From Polyangiaceae bacterium (GTDB lineage Bacteria > Myxococcota_A > Polyangia > Polyangiales > Houyiibacteriaceae): a stretch of 64,000 nt of DNA. The stretch covers positions 3,057-67,056 of the forward strand of contig JALVDI010000486.1 of assembly GCA_027009115.1 (NCBI GenBank), in the 5' to 3' direction. A program made the position numbers and the translations under genes. Shown piece after piece: positions 9,270 to 17,466 of this stretch. The notes beneath the pieces were generated by a model. The model made no database searches and was not told where the DNA came from. It saw only the letters and a list, made by a program, of their open reading frames with translations. Positions within the stretch are counted from its first letter, which is position 1. The number at the start of each line of letters is the position of its first letter.

Positions 9270-9309
9270 GCCCCTTTCGTTGCCGTGGAGGCTCTGGTAG
9301 TCAGCGGCC

Positions 9310-10158
9310 ATGGCGCTCCTCGACGGCAAGGCGATCGCGAAGAAAGTCCGCGCGGAGGCGGCGGAGCGAGCCGCGGCGTTTCTTGCGCGGCACGGTCGCC
9401 GGCCTGGGCTGCATGTCGTCCTCGTCGGTGACGATCCGGCCTCGCAGGTCTATGTGCGCAACAAGGAGCGCGCGGCGGGCAAGGCGGGCCTCGAGGGCAA
9501 GGTCCACCGCCTGTCCGCCGACACCCCCCAGGGCGACGTCGAAGCGCTCGTCGGCGAGCTGAACGCCGACCCGCGTATCGATGGAATCCTGGTGCAGCTC
9601 CCCCTGCCGGCGCATCTCGACGCCCAGGCGGTGATCGACCGCATCGACCCGGCCAAGGACGTCGATGGGCTCACGCCTCAGAGCGCCGGGCTGCTCGTGG
9701 ACGGACGCCGAGGTTTGCGTCCGTGCACGCCGAGCGGCTGCATGCGGCTGCTGCACGAAGCGAAGGTGCCCCTCGCCGGGCGTCGGGCGCTGGTCATCGG
9801 TCGCAGTCTGCTCGTGGGCAAGCCGGTGGCGCTGATGCTCCTGGCCGAGAATGCGACGGTGACGATCGCGCATTCGCGCACGGAGGACCTCGCCGCGCGG
9901 GTGGCGGAGTCGGACGTCGTCGTCGCGGCCGTGGGGCGCCCGGGGCTCGTGCGTGGGGCGTGGATCAAGCCGGGGGCGGCGGTTCTCGACGTCGGGATCA
10001 ACCGCGGCGCGGACGGGCGTCTCCGAGGCGATGTGGAGTTCGAAGCGGCGCGGGAACGGGCGGGGTGGATCACCCCAGTGCCTGGCGGGGTCGGGCCGAT
10101 GACCATTGCCATGCTGCTGAGCAACGCCGTGACCGCCGCGGAATGGAGGGAGAGCTGA
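9310..10158 (+). CDS. folD: Bifunctional methylenetetrahydrofolate dehydrogenase / methenyl-THF cyclohydrolase
   Basis: 282 aa. Motifs LVGDDPASQVYVRNK, GRSLLVGKPVALML and PVPGGVGPMTIAML. Confidence 0.95.
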   Translation: MALLDGKAIAKKVRAEAAERAAAFLARHGRRPGLHVVLVGDDPASQVYVRNKERAAGKAGLEGKVHRLSADTPQGDVEALVGELNADPRIDGILVQLPLPAHLDAQAVIDRIDPAKDVDGLTPQSAGLLVDGRRGLRPCTPSGCMRLLHEAKVPLAGRRALVIGRSLLVGKPVALMLLAENATVTIAHSRTEDLAARVAESDVVVAAVGRPGLVRGAWIKPGAAVLDVGINRGADGRLRGDVEFEAARERAGWITPVPGGVGPMTIAMLLSNAVTAAEWRES

Positions 10159-10730
10159 TGGCTGCGAAGAAGACCGCCGCGGAGAAGACCGCCGCGAAGA
10201 AGACCGCCGCGAAGAAGACCGCCGCGAAGAAGACCGCGCCGGCCCTCACGGGGCGCAAGCCCCCCGCGCTCGGCAAGAAGGCGCCGGACTTCTCCCTCGA
10301 ATCCACCGAGGGGCACCCGATCTTGCTGAGCGATTACCGAGGCAAGTGGGTCGTTCTCTACTTCTACCCGAAGGACAACACGCCGGGCTGCACCCTCGAG
10401 GCCAAGGCCTTCCGGGATGCGGCCAAGCGACTGGCGAAGCTCGGGGCGGTCGTGCTCGGCGTCAGCAAGGACAGCGTCCGGTCCCACGAGCGCTTCCGCG
10501 ACAAGTACGAGCTTGGGTTCCCGCTGCTCAGCGATCCCGAGCAGAAGGTGCTCGAGGCCTACGGTGCCTGGGGCGAAAAGAGGAACTACGGGAGGGTGTA
10601 CCAGGGCATCATCCGCAGCACCTTCCTCATCGATCCCCAAGGCAGGCTCGTGCGGGCCTGGCCCAACGTCCGCGTGGCGGGCCACGTCGACGAAGTGCTG
10701 GACGCGCTGGAGGAAGAAGCCTCGCGGTGA
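10158..10730 (+). CDS. bcp: Thiol peroxidase / peroxiredoxin Bcp with an N-terminal Lys/Ala-rich repeat extension
   Basis: ATG 10158 overlaps the folD stop (TGATG). The peroxiredoxin core includes APDFSL, WVVLYFYPKDNTPGCTLEA (peroxidatic Cys) and GVSKDSV. The first ~38 aa are MAAKKTAAEKTAAKKTAAKKTAAKKTAP. No in-frame start codon exists between that tail and the catalytic domain. Confidence 0.9.
   Translation: MAAKKTAAEKTAAKKTAAKKTAAKKTAPALTGRKPPALGKKAPDFSLESTEGHPILLSDYRGKWVVLYFYPKDNTPGCTLEAKAFRDAAKRLAKLGAVVLGVSKDSVRSHERFRDKYELGFPLLSDPEQKVLEAYGAWGEKRNYGRVYQGIIRSTFLIDPQGRLVRAWPNVRVAGHVDEVLDALEEEASR
10167..10241 (+). repeat. Tandem 15-bp repeat (about 5 units, AAGAAGACCGCCGCG) encoding KKTAA
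   Basis: Read directly from the sequence. Units start at 10167, 10182 (GAG variant), 10197, 10212 and 10227 (degenerate). Confidence 0.9.
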
Positions 10731-10804
10731 AACGAGCCTCGGCGGGCGCTTGTGACAAAGCGCACGGGCGAGCAACCCGGGGAAGTCGCCTGTGCCGCCG
10801 GCCG

Positions 10805-10834
10805 TTGACAGCCGTTCCCCGGCCCCGCTAGTTT
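10805..10834 (+). promoter_or_regulatory. Candidate sigma70-type promoter (TTGACA-N18-TAGTTT) upstream of the Cys-rich lipoprotein gene
   Basis: TTGACA at 10805-10810 and TAGTTT at 10829-10834, about 58 nt upstream of ATG 10892. Confidence 0.35.
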
Positions 10835-10891
10835 GCATTCTCACTTGTACGGGTCGTGCGCAGTCGCCGCGCGGCGCCGTCCGGAGGATCC

Positions 10892-11950
10892 ATGGCTTGT
10901 TTCCGCATTGTCTGTCTGTGCCTGCTGACCGCTCTCGCCCTTGGTTGCGGTGATGACGACCGCACCACTCGGGACGGAGGAAGCGGCGCGTGCACGCCCG
11001 CCTGCTCGGCCGGGACGCTCTGCTGCGGGAGCCGCTGCGCCAACCTGAACACGGACCCGATGAACTGCGGCGGCTGCGGGATGGCCTGCCTGCCGGGTCA
11101 GAGCTGTTCGAGCGGCACTTGCACCGGCACTCCGGTCGACGGTGGTGGCGTCGACAGCGGCGGAAGCTCCATGTGCACTCCAAGCTGCAGCTCGTCGCAG
11201 CGTTGCTGCGGAACTTCGTGCGTCAACCGGGAAGGGCCGGCCGGGGTCCTCGACGCGCGGAGCGACTCGAGCTTCGCCAACTGCAACGGCTGCGGGCTTG
11301 CCTGCGATGCGGACCGCGCGAGCCGCTGTGGGACGCAGTTGGGCATGAGCGGTCCGCCGCAGTGTCTGTGTGGGAACAACCTCCAGTGCCCGGCCGGTCA
11401 GGCCTGCGTGACGAACGACATGGGGACCTTCATCTGCGCCGACCTCAACTTTGATCCGATGAACTGCGGGGCGGTGGGCAACCGCTGCGCGGAAGGGGAG
11501 AGCTGCATCAGCGGCGTCTGCCAGTGCGGTTCGACCGGCGCGAGCTGCGCCGCGGGACAGGCCTGCTGCGGCGGCGCGTGCATCGATACGCAGACCGATC
11601 CGATGAACTGCGGTGCCTGCGGCAACGTCTGCGGCGCCGGTTCGACTTGCACCGGCGGCATGTGCGGTTGTGGCGGCGGGCCCGCCTGCCGGCCGCCCAC
11701 GCCGGGGATGTTCGGCGCCGGCGGTGATCCTGGGGAGAGCTGCTGCGGCGGCGTCTGTGTTCCAAACACGAACGAGAGCTGCGCTTGCGAGGCCTGCACC
11801 GGCGACGACACCTGCCAGATCGCCGGCGGCGGGATCATCCCCGGAATGGGAAGCGGCGAGGCGACGGTTTGCTGCGGCGGCGTGGAGGTGGCGCTGCTGG
11901 GTTGCGGCGGCGGGCTCGGCGGCCTGGACGGCGGCTTGCCGTTCCCCTGA
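10892..11950 (+). CDS. Secreted Cys-rich repeat protein, probable lipoprotein (Stig1-like / myxobacterial Cys-rich repeats)
   Basis: ATG 10892 is preceded by GGAGGA. The signal peptide MACFRIVCLCLLTALALGC is lipobox-like. About 15% of residues are Cys, and modules recur: NTDPMNCGGCGMAC, NCNGCGLAC, NFDPMNCGAVGNRC, QTDPMNCGACGNVC. Confidence 0.75.
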   Translation: MACFRIVCLCLLTALALGCGDDDRTTRDGGSGACTPACSAGTLCCGSRCANLNTDPMNCGGCGMACLPGQSCSSGTCTGTPVDGGGVDSGGSSMCTPSCSSSQRCCGTSCVNREGPAGVLDARSDSSFANCNGCGLACDADRASRCGTQLGMSGPPQCLCGNNLQCPAGQACVTNDMGTFICADLNFDPMNCGAVGNRCAEGESCISGVCQCGSTGASCAAGQACCGGACIDTQTDPMNCGACGNVCGAGSTCTGGMCGCGGGPACRPPTPGMFGAGGDPGESCCGGVCVPNTNESCACEACTGDDTCQIAGGGIIPGMGSGEATVCCGGVEVALLGCGGGLGGLDGGLPFP

Positions 11951-12003
11951 GCCCAGGCGCCCCAGAGAGGGTTCACCTCAGGCCCGCCTCGGGACCAGGC
12001 GGC

Positions 12004-13266
12004 TCAGGTGATCATCAGCACGAAGACGACCAACATGAGGAGCGCGAAGGCGGCCAGCAGAGTGCCGCCGATCGCGACGGCCCGCCGGTCCCAGCTCCGC
12101 AGCGCTTCGTCGTGAAGCTTCAGCTCTCGCTGCAGCTGGGCGACGTGGTCGTCGGCCTTCACCGCAGTCGCCGCTTCCAGCACACCCATGGGGACCCGCG
12201 CATCCCGGGCGCGCCTGCCGAGCTCCGCCAGCCGGCGTTCGGCTTCGCTCGTCGCCTTTCCGACGGACGCTTCGGCTGCGAGGATGCTTCCGGTAAGCTC
12301 TCGATCGAGGTGGCGGCGGGTGGCCTGGTGGCGGCGGAGCTGCTCGAGGCCCGCGGCGAGGCGGCTCTGCACGTCCCGAAGCTCGCCGGCTTTGGCGTCC
12401 ACTTTCTCCTGTTGGAGGGCGACCTCTGCCCGGCGCGCCTCCAGGGAGGCCTGCAGGGGGGAGGCATCCGGCGCGTGGCGTAGCTCGATCTTCACCCGAT
12501 CGAGAGCTGCGGTCCGGCGGCGGAGCTCGTGGCTGAGCACGTCCAGCTCCGCGCGGAGCTTGGCTTCGCGGTCGCGGAGCGGCGCGACCATGGCCTCGGC
12601 GCGCGCGATCTCTTCGTCCAGCCGGCGTTTCTCCGCGTCGGCTTCGGCTCGGGTGCGCTGCGCGAGGCTGCGCTGCGAGTCCGTCGCGCCCAGGGCGCGC
12701 TGGGCCTGTCCAGCGAGCTCCGCGAGGCCGTGGGTGTCCAGGTCGGCGCGCTGGTGCTGCAGCAAGGCCCGGCCCAAGGCCGCGTGGGTCGCCAGCACGC
12801 GGCGCTGGGCCGTCTCGAGGCGCTCTGCGAGCCGGCGGCGACTCTGCCAGAGGTCCTTGGCGCGCAGGGCGACGTGGACCGTGTAGGGCAGAGCCAGCAG
12901 CGGGTTGCGGGGGGGCTCGCCGAAGCCGGCGAGGGCGGCCGCTTCGGCCTTGCGGCGCGCCGCCTCTCGGATGGCCTCGGGGGAGGTTGCAGCAACGTGA
13001 GTCGCCCCAGGAACCGGGCCAGGTGCCCCGACGGCAGGCATCGGGCCCGGCGTTGGCTCATGCACCGGTGGCTGCGGTACGGGCGCGAGCTCGAGGGGGG
13101 CGAGGTCGGCGCTCGGCGGTTCCAGCGGGTCGTCCCCCAAGGTGGACGGCCCCGAGGGCATCTTCGGCGCAACATTGGCCGAGGGGTCGGCGAGCTCGAG
13201 GGGCGGCAGCTCCGCCGCGTCGCGGAACGGGTCGAAGGGATCGTCGTCGCCGAAGGAGGTCGTCAC
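12004..13266 (-). CDS. Hypothetical tail-anchored coiled-coil protein
   Basis: 420 aa. The N-terminus is Pro/acidic (LPPLELADP, LAPLELAP) and is followed by about 250 aa of Arg/Ala/Glu/Leu-rich predicted coiled coil. There is a single C-terminal TM helix, AIGGTLLAAFALLMLVVFVLMIT. Confidence 0.65.
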   Translation of the reverse strand: MTTSFGDDDPFDPFRDAAELPPLELADPSANVAPKMPSGPSTLGDDPLEPPSADLAPLELAPVPQPPVHEPTPGPMPAVGAPGPVPGATHVAATSPEAIREAARRKAEAAALAGFGEPPRNPLLALPYTVHVALRAKDLWQSRRRLAERLETAQRRVLATHAALGRALLQHQRADLDTHGLAELAGQAQRALGATDSQRSLAQRTRAEADAEKRRLDEEIARAEAMVAPLRDREAKLRAELDVLSHELRRRTAALDRVKIELRHAPDASPLQASLEARRAEVALQQEKVDAKAGELRDVQSRLAAGLEQLRRHQATRRHLDRELTGSILAAEASVGKATSEAERRLAELGRRARDARVPMGVLEAATAVKADDHVAQLQRELKLHDEALRSWDRRAVAIGGTLLAAFALLMLVVFVLMIT

Positions 13267-13349
13267 CGGCCTTCATCATACGGGATCGTGGGCCTGGTCA
13301 GGGCGTCGATTGACACCCTGACGACCCCCTGATAGCCCCCGAAGCCCGC

Positions 13350-14588
13350 GTGAGCCCTGAATCGCCCGATAGTGATGCGCCCGCCGAGAGCGACGAGCCT
13401 CCGACCTCGCCGGAAGGATCGTGTGGCGAGGCCGCGGGTTCTGCCGCCGCCGCGGACGCGCCCCAGGCGCCGGCCTATCCGCCGGACGCGCCGATCCCCG
13501 TCGACCCCAATTTTCGCATCGAGCTGCCGGGCTTCGAGGGGCCCCTCGACCTGCTTCTCTACCTCATCAAGAAGCACGAGCTCGACGTGCTCGATCTTCC
13601 CATCGCGTTCATCACCGAGCGCTACATCGAGTACCTCGGCTTGATGGAGGAGCTGAACCTCGACGTCGCGAGCGAGTACCTCGTGATGGCGGCGACACTC
13701 GCGCACATCAAGAGCAAGGGGCTCCTGCCTCGTCCGCCCCAGGACCAGGACGAGGAGGAAGAGGACGAGCTCGATCCACGGGCAGAGCTCATCCGCCGCC
13801 TGCTCGAGTACCAGAAGTACAAGCGCGCCGCCGAGGCCCTCGGGTCTCGCGGTATTGCCGGGCGTGACGTCTTTCCAAGGGGTATCCCGACGGCCAAGGC
13901 CGAGGGCCCCGCCCCCCTGGCGCCTTTCAGCGTGTTCAAGCTGATCGACGCCTTCCAGGCGATCGTCAAGCGCAAGAAGGGCACGATCTCCCTCGAGGTC
14001 GACGCTGAGCGCGTCACCATCCAGGAGCGCATCACGCAGATCGTGGAGTCGTTGCGTCGGACCGAGCGGACTCCGTTCGAGCGGCTCTTCGAGGGGAGCG
14101 TGACGACCTACGACCTCGTCGTGACGTTCCTGGCTCTGCTCGAGATGGCGAAGATGCGCCTCGTGAAGATCTACCAGGACGGTCCGACCGAGCCCATTTA
14201 TCTGGAGGCGCGGGTCCTCGATGCCGACGCGGTTCAGCAGACCATCGCTCACGCCGGGGCCGACTTTGGCGAAGAACCGGTGCGCCCGTTCGGGGCCGAG
14301 GAGGGGAAGGACGAGCCGGAGCCGAACGCGGTTGAGGAGGACGACGAGGCCGAGGCCGACGAGGCAAGCGAGGACGACGAGGCCGACGAGGCCGACGACC
14401 AGGACGAGTACGAGGGGGACGGTTTCGCTGGGGCGGGCGGCCTTGGTGCGGCGCCTGAGACCGAAGCCTCAACGCAGACGCGGGGAGCGGGCGCGCACCG
14501 CCGGGACGAGGAGGGCGCCGCCGGTGCGCTGCTTTCCGCCGAAGCGCTTGAAAACGAGACCGATTCGGAGCAAGACCGCCGCTCGTGA
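13350..14588 (+). CDS. scpA: Segregation and condensation protein A (kleisin) with long acidic C-terminal extension
   Basis: The core reads FEGPLDLLLYLIKKHELDVLDLPIAFITERYIEYL...EYLVMAATLAHIKSKGLLP...FLALLEMAKMRLV. GTG start at 13350; the exact start is uncertain. Confidence 0.85.
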   Translation: MSPESPDSDAPAESDEPPTSPEGSCGEAAGSAAAADAPQAPAYPPDAPIPVDPNFRIELPGFEGPLDLLLYLIKKHELDVLDLPIAFITERYIEYLGLMEELNLDVASEYLVMAATLAHIKSKGLLPRPPQDQDEEEEDELDPRAELIRRLLEYQKYKRAAEALGSRGIAGRDVFPRGIPTAKAEGPAPLAPFSVFKLIDAFQAIVKRKKGTISLEVDAERVTIQERITQIVESLRRTERTPFERLFEGSVTTYDLVVTFLALLEMAKMRLVKIYQDGPTEPIYLEARVLDADAVQQTIAHAGADFGEEPVRPFGAEEGKDEPEPNAVEEDDEAEADEASEDDEADEADDQDEYEGDGFAGAGGLGAAPETEASTQTRGAGAHRRDEEGAAGALLSAEALENETDSEQDRRS

Positions 14589-15583
14589 TGGGGACGCAGA
14601 GGACCGACACCGCCGAGCCCGAGAGCGAGGCGGGAGGGCGCGAGGAGCCCGCCGAGAGCCCGGCCGCGTGTGCCCAGGGGGCCGAGGTCGAGGCTCGCAG
14701 CGCCAACGAGGAAGCGTCGTCTCCCGAGCAGGGCGAGCCGGAGCGAAGTGAGCCCGAGGCCTCGGTGGGAGGGGAGAGCGCCGCCGGCCTGGGGCCTGGC
14801 GCGGGCGATGGTGACGAGGCAGCGGTCGACGTACCCGGACCCGGTCTCGAACGTTCTGTCGCCATCCGGGATTCGCACCTCAAGAGCTTGGTGGAGAGCT
14901 TGATCTTCGTCGCCGATCGTCCCGTGCAGCCCAAGCGGCTCGCGCGCGCGACACGAAGCCGGCCGTCGGATATCGAAGCGGCCCTCGCGGAGCTCGAGAG
15001 CGACTACCGGGACCGAGGGATCAACCTCGTGCAGGTCGGCACCGGCTGGCAGTTCCGTTCGTCCGCGATCAACGCCGCGTTCGTGCGGGACTTCGTCTCG
15101 CGCACGCCGGTGCGGCTGACCCGTGCGCAGATCGAGACCCTCGCCATCGTGGCCTATCGGCAGCCGGTGACGCGCCCGGAGGTCGACGAGATCCGCGGCG
15201 TTGACTCGGGGTCGGCCCTGAAGGTCCTCCTCGACCGGGGCCTGTTGAAGATCCTGGGACGCAAGGAAGAGCCCGGGCGCCCGCTGCTCTATGGGACGGC
15301 GCCTTACTTCCTGGAGTTTTTTGGGATGAAGAGCCTCGCCGAGCTCCCGACCCTCAAGGAGTTCAGCGAGCTAACCGACGAGAGCAAGGACATTTTCGAG
15401 CGCACGCTCGGCGAGCCCCTCGACCTCGGGAGCGTCGAAGAGGCAGCCAGGGCTGCCGAGGAAGACGCCCAGGCCGAGCTGCTGGACGAAGCTGAAGATC
15501 CGGAAGAGGGGGACGACTCAGTGGCCCGCCCTGAAGCCGACGAAGACGACGAAGACGACGAAGACGACGAAGACGACGACTGA
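14588..15583 (+). CDS. scpB: Segregation and condensation protein B with acidic N- and C-terminal extensions
   Basis: ATG 14588 overlaps the scpA stop (TGATG); GTG 14585 is an alternative. The core reads [13 protein letters not shown]...[43 protein letters not shown]. The tail is [16 protein letters not shown]. Confidence 0.85.
   Translation: MGTQRTDTAEPESEAGGREEPAESPAACAQGAEVEARSANEEASSPEQGEPERSEPEASVGGESAAGLGPGAGDGDEAAVDVPGPGLERSVAIRDSHLKSLVESLIFVADRPVQPKRLARATRSRPSDIEAALAELESDYRDRGINLVQVGTGWQFRSSAINAAFVRDFVSRTPVRLTRAQIETLAIVAYRQPVTRPEVDEIRGVDSGSALKVLLDRGLLKILGRKEEPGRPLLYGTAPYFLEFFGMKSLAELPTLKEFSELTDESKDIFERTLGEPLDLGSVEEAARAAEEDAQAELLDEAEDPEEGDDSVARPEADEDDEDDEDDEDDD
15542..15580 (+). repeat. 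Tandem 9-bp repeat (GAAGACGAC x4) encoding the EDD tail of ScpB
   Basis: Read directly from the sequence at 15542-15577, plus a terminal GAC. Confidence 0.8.
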
Positions 15584-15603
15584 GCTCGCCGCACGGACTC
15601 ACG

Positions 15604-16590
15604 ATGACCTTTCAAGAACTCATCCTCGCCCTCGAGCGGTTCTGGGCCGACCACGGCTGCGTGGTGGGCCAGCCCTACAACTCCGAGGTCGGAGCCGGCA
15701 CGTTCAACCCGCACACCTTCCTTCGCGCCATCGGCCCCGAGCCCTGGAACGTCGCCTATGTCGAGCCCTCCCGTCGTCCCACCGACGGACGCTACGGCGA
15801 CAACCCGAACCGGCTGCAGCAGTTCCACCAGTACCAGGTCATCCTCAAGCCGTCGCCGATCGACATCCAGGACCTCTACCTCGAGTCGCTTCGGGCCATC
15901 GGCACCGATCCGCTCCATCACGACATCCGCTTCGTCGAGGACGATTGGGAGTCTCCGACTCTCGGCGCCTGGGGCCTTGGCTGGCAGGTGTGGCTGGACG
16001 GCCTCGAGATCAGCCAGTTCACGTACTTCCAGCAGTGCGGCGGCATCGACTGCAAGCCGATCAGCGGCGAGCTGACCTACGGTCTCGAGCGGATCGCGAT
16101 GTACCTCCAGGACGTCGACGACGTCTATGACCTCGTCTACTCCCGGAGTGGGGCGGGCACCGTCTACTACGGCGATCTCTTCAAGCGGGCCGAGTGGGAG
16201 TGGTCCACCTACAACTTCGAGCGCGCCGATGTGCCTCTGCACAAGCGGCTGTTCGACGATTGCGAGGCGCAGTGCATGCGGATGCTGGGGCTCCGCGCCG
16301 AGAAGGGCAAGGGCGGTAGCCTCGCGTGGGAACCCTGGGCGGATCCCGAACAGAACGCCGACGCGCCGCTTCAACGGCTCGTGCTGCCCGCCTACGACTG
16401 CGTCATCAAGTGCAGTCACTACTTCAACGTGCTCGACGCCCGGGGCGCCATCAGCGTGACCGAGCGCCAGCGCTACATTGGGCGGGTTCGGCACTTGGCC
16501 CGGGCTTGCGCCGAGGCCTGGTACGCGCAGCGTGAGGCCCTCGGCTTTCCGCTGCTTCGCCCAGCGTCGGCCGCCGACCGCGCCTCGTGA
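15604..16590 (+). CDS. glyQ: Glycyl-tRNA synthetase alpha subunit
   Basis: The N-terminus [36 protein letters not shown]...[29 protein letters not shown] is highly characteristic of GlyQ. Confidence 0.97.
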   Translation: MTFQELILALERFWADHGCVVGQPYNSEVGAGTFNPHTFLRAIGPEPWNVAYVEPSRRPTDGRYGDNPNRLQQFHQYQVILKPSPIDIQDLYLESLRAIGTDPLHHDIRFVEDDWESPTLGAWGLGWQVWLDGLEISQFTYFQQCGGIDCKPISGELTYGLERIAMYLQDVDDVYDLVYSRSGAGTVYYGDLFKRAEWEWSTYNFERADVPLHKRLFDDCEAQCMRMLGLRAEKGKGGSLAWEPWADPEQNADAPLQRLVLPAYDCVIKCSHYFNVLDARGAISVTERQRYIGRVRHLARACAEAWYAQREALGFPLLRPASAADRAS

Positions 16591-17432
16591 GAGTGGGGGC
16601 CGTCGAGGGCGGCGGCACGACCTTCGAGGTCGCTGTCGGGTCCTTGGCGGAGGGGGCGGTGCGCGAGGAGGAGCGTACGAGCATCCCGACGCGCGAACCG
16701 AGGGAGACGCTCTCGGCGGTGGTCGCGTGGCTTGCTCGCCGCGACGTGCGCGCCGTGGGTGTCGCGAGCTTCGGCCCGCTCTCGCTGCCCGCCGGACGAG
16801 TGCTGGGCACGCCCAAGCCCGGCTGGGAAGGCACCGAACTGCGGCAGGCGCTCGCGCCCCTGGGCGTGCCCGTCGCGCTCGAGACGGACGTCAACGCCGC
16901 CGCCCTGGCCGAGCAACGGTGGGGAGCGGCACGCGGTCAGCAGGTCGCGGTCTACCTGACCGTTGGCACCGGCGTCGGCGGTGGGTTGGTGGTCGATGGC
17001 GAACCGGTGCACGGCGCCATGCACCCGGAGATGGGCCACCTCGCCAGCGCCTACCCAGACCGCTTCACCGGGGTGTGTCCTTACCACGGCGCTTGCATCG
17101 AGGGCCTGGTGAGCGGGCCCGCCATTGCCGCCCGGACCGGAGCCGAGCCTGCCTCGCTTCCGGACGAGCACCCGGTGTGGGAGACGGTGGCGGCGCACCT
17201 GGGCGAGCTTGCCGCCGCCGTGATCCTCACGACCGCCGCCGGCTGCGTCGTGTTCGGCGGCGGTGTCGTGCGAGGGCGACCCTTCGTGCTCCGCGGCGTC
17301 GAAGCGTCGATGCGCCGGCGGCTGGCGGGCTATCTTCCCTGGGCCGCCGAAGCCTCTCCCATTCGTCGGGCGATGCTCGAGCGCCCGGGGCTCTGGGGCG
17401 CCTTCGCTCTCGCTACGCGTGGGACCCGTTGA
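16587..17432 (+). CDS. ROK-family sugar kinase (fructokinase/Mak-like)
   Basis: GTG 16587 overlaps the glyQ stop (GTGA). It has the N-terminal ATPase motif [30 protein letters not shown] and the ROK Zn motif HPEMGH...[11 protein letters not shown]. Confidence 0.8.
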   Translation: MRVGAVEGGGTTFEVAVGSLAEGAVREEERTSIPTREPRETLSAVVAWLARRDVRAVGVASFGPLSLPAGRVLGTPKPGWEGTELRQALAPLGVPVALETDVNAAALAEQRWGAARGQQVAVYLTVGTGVGGGLVVDGEPVHGAMHPEMGHLASAYPDRFTGVCPYHGACIEGLVSGPAIAARTGAEPASLPDEHPVWETVAAHLGELAAAVILTTAAGCVVFGGGVVRGRPFVLRGVEASMRRRLAGYLPWAAEASPIRRAMLERPGLWGAFALATRGTR

Positions 17433-17466
17433 GCGCGGGCGCGGTGGGTGTTAGCACCAGCCGCGC

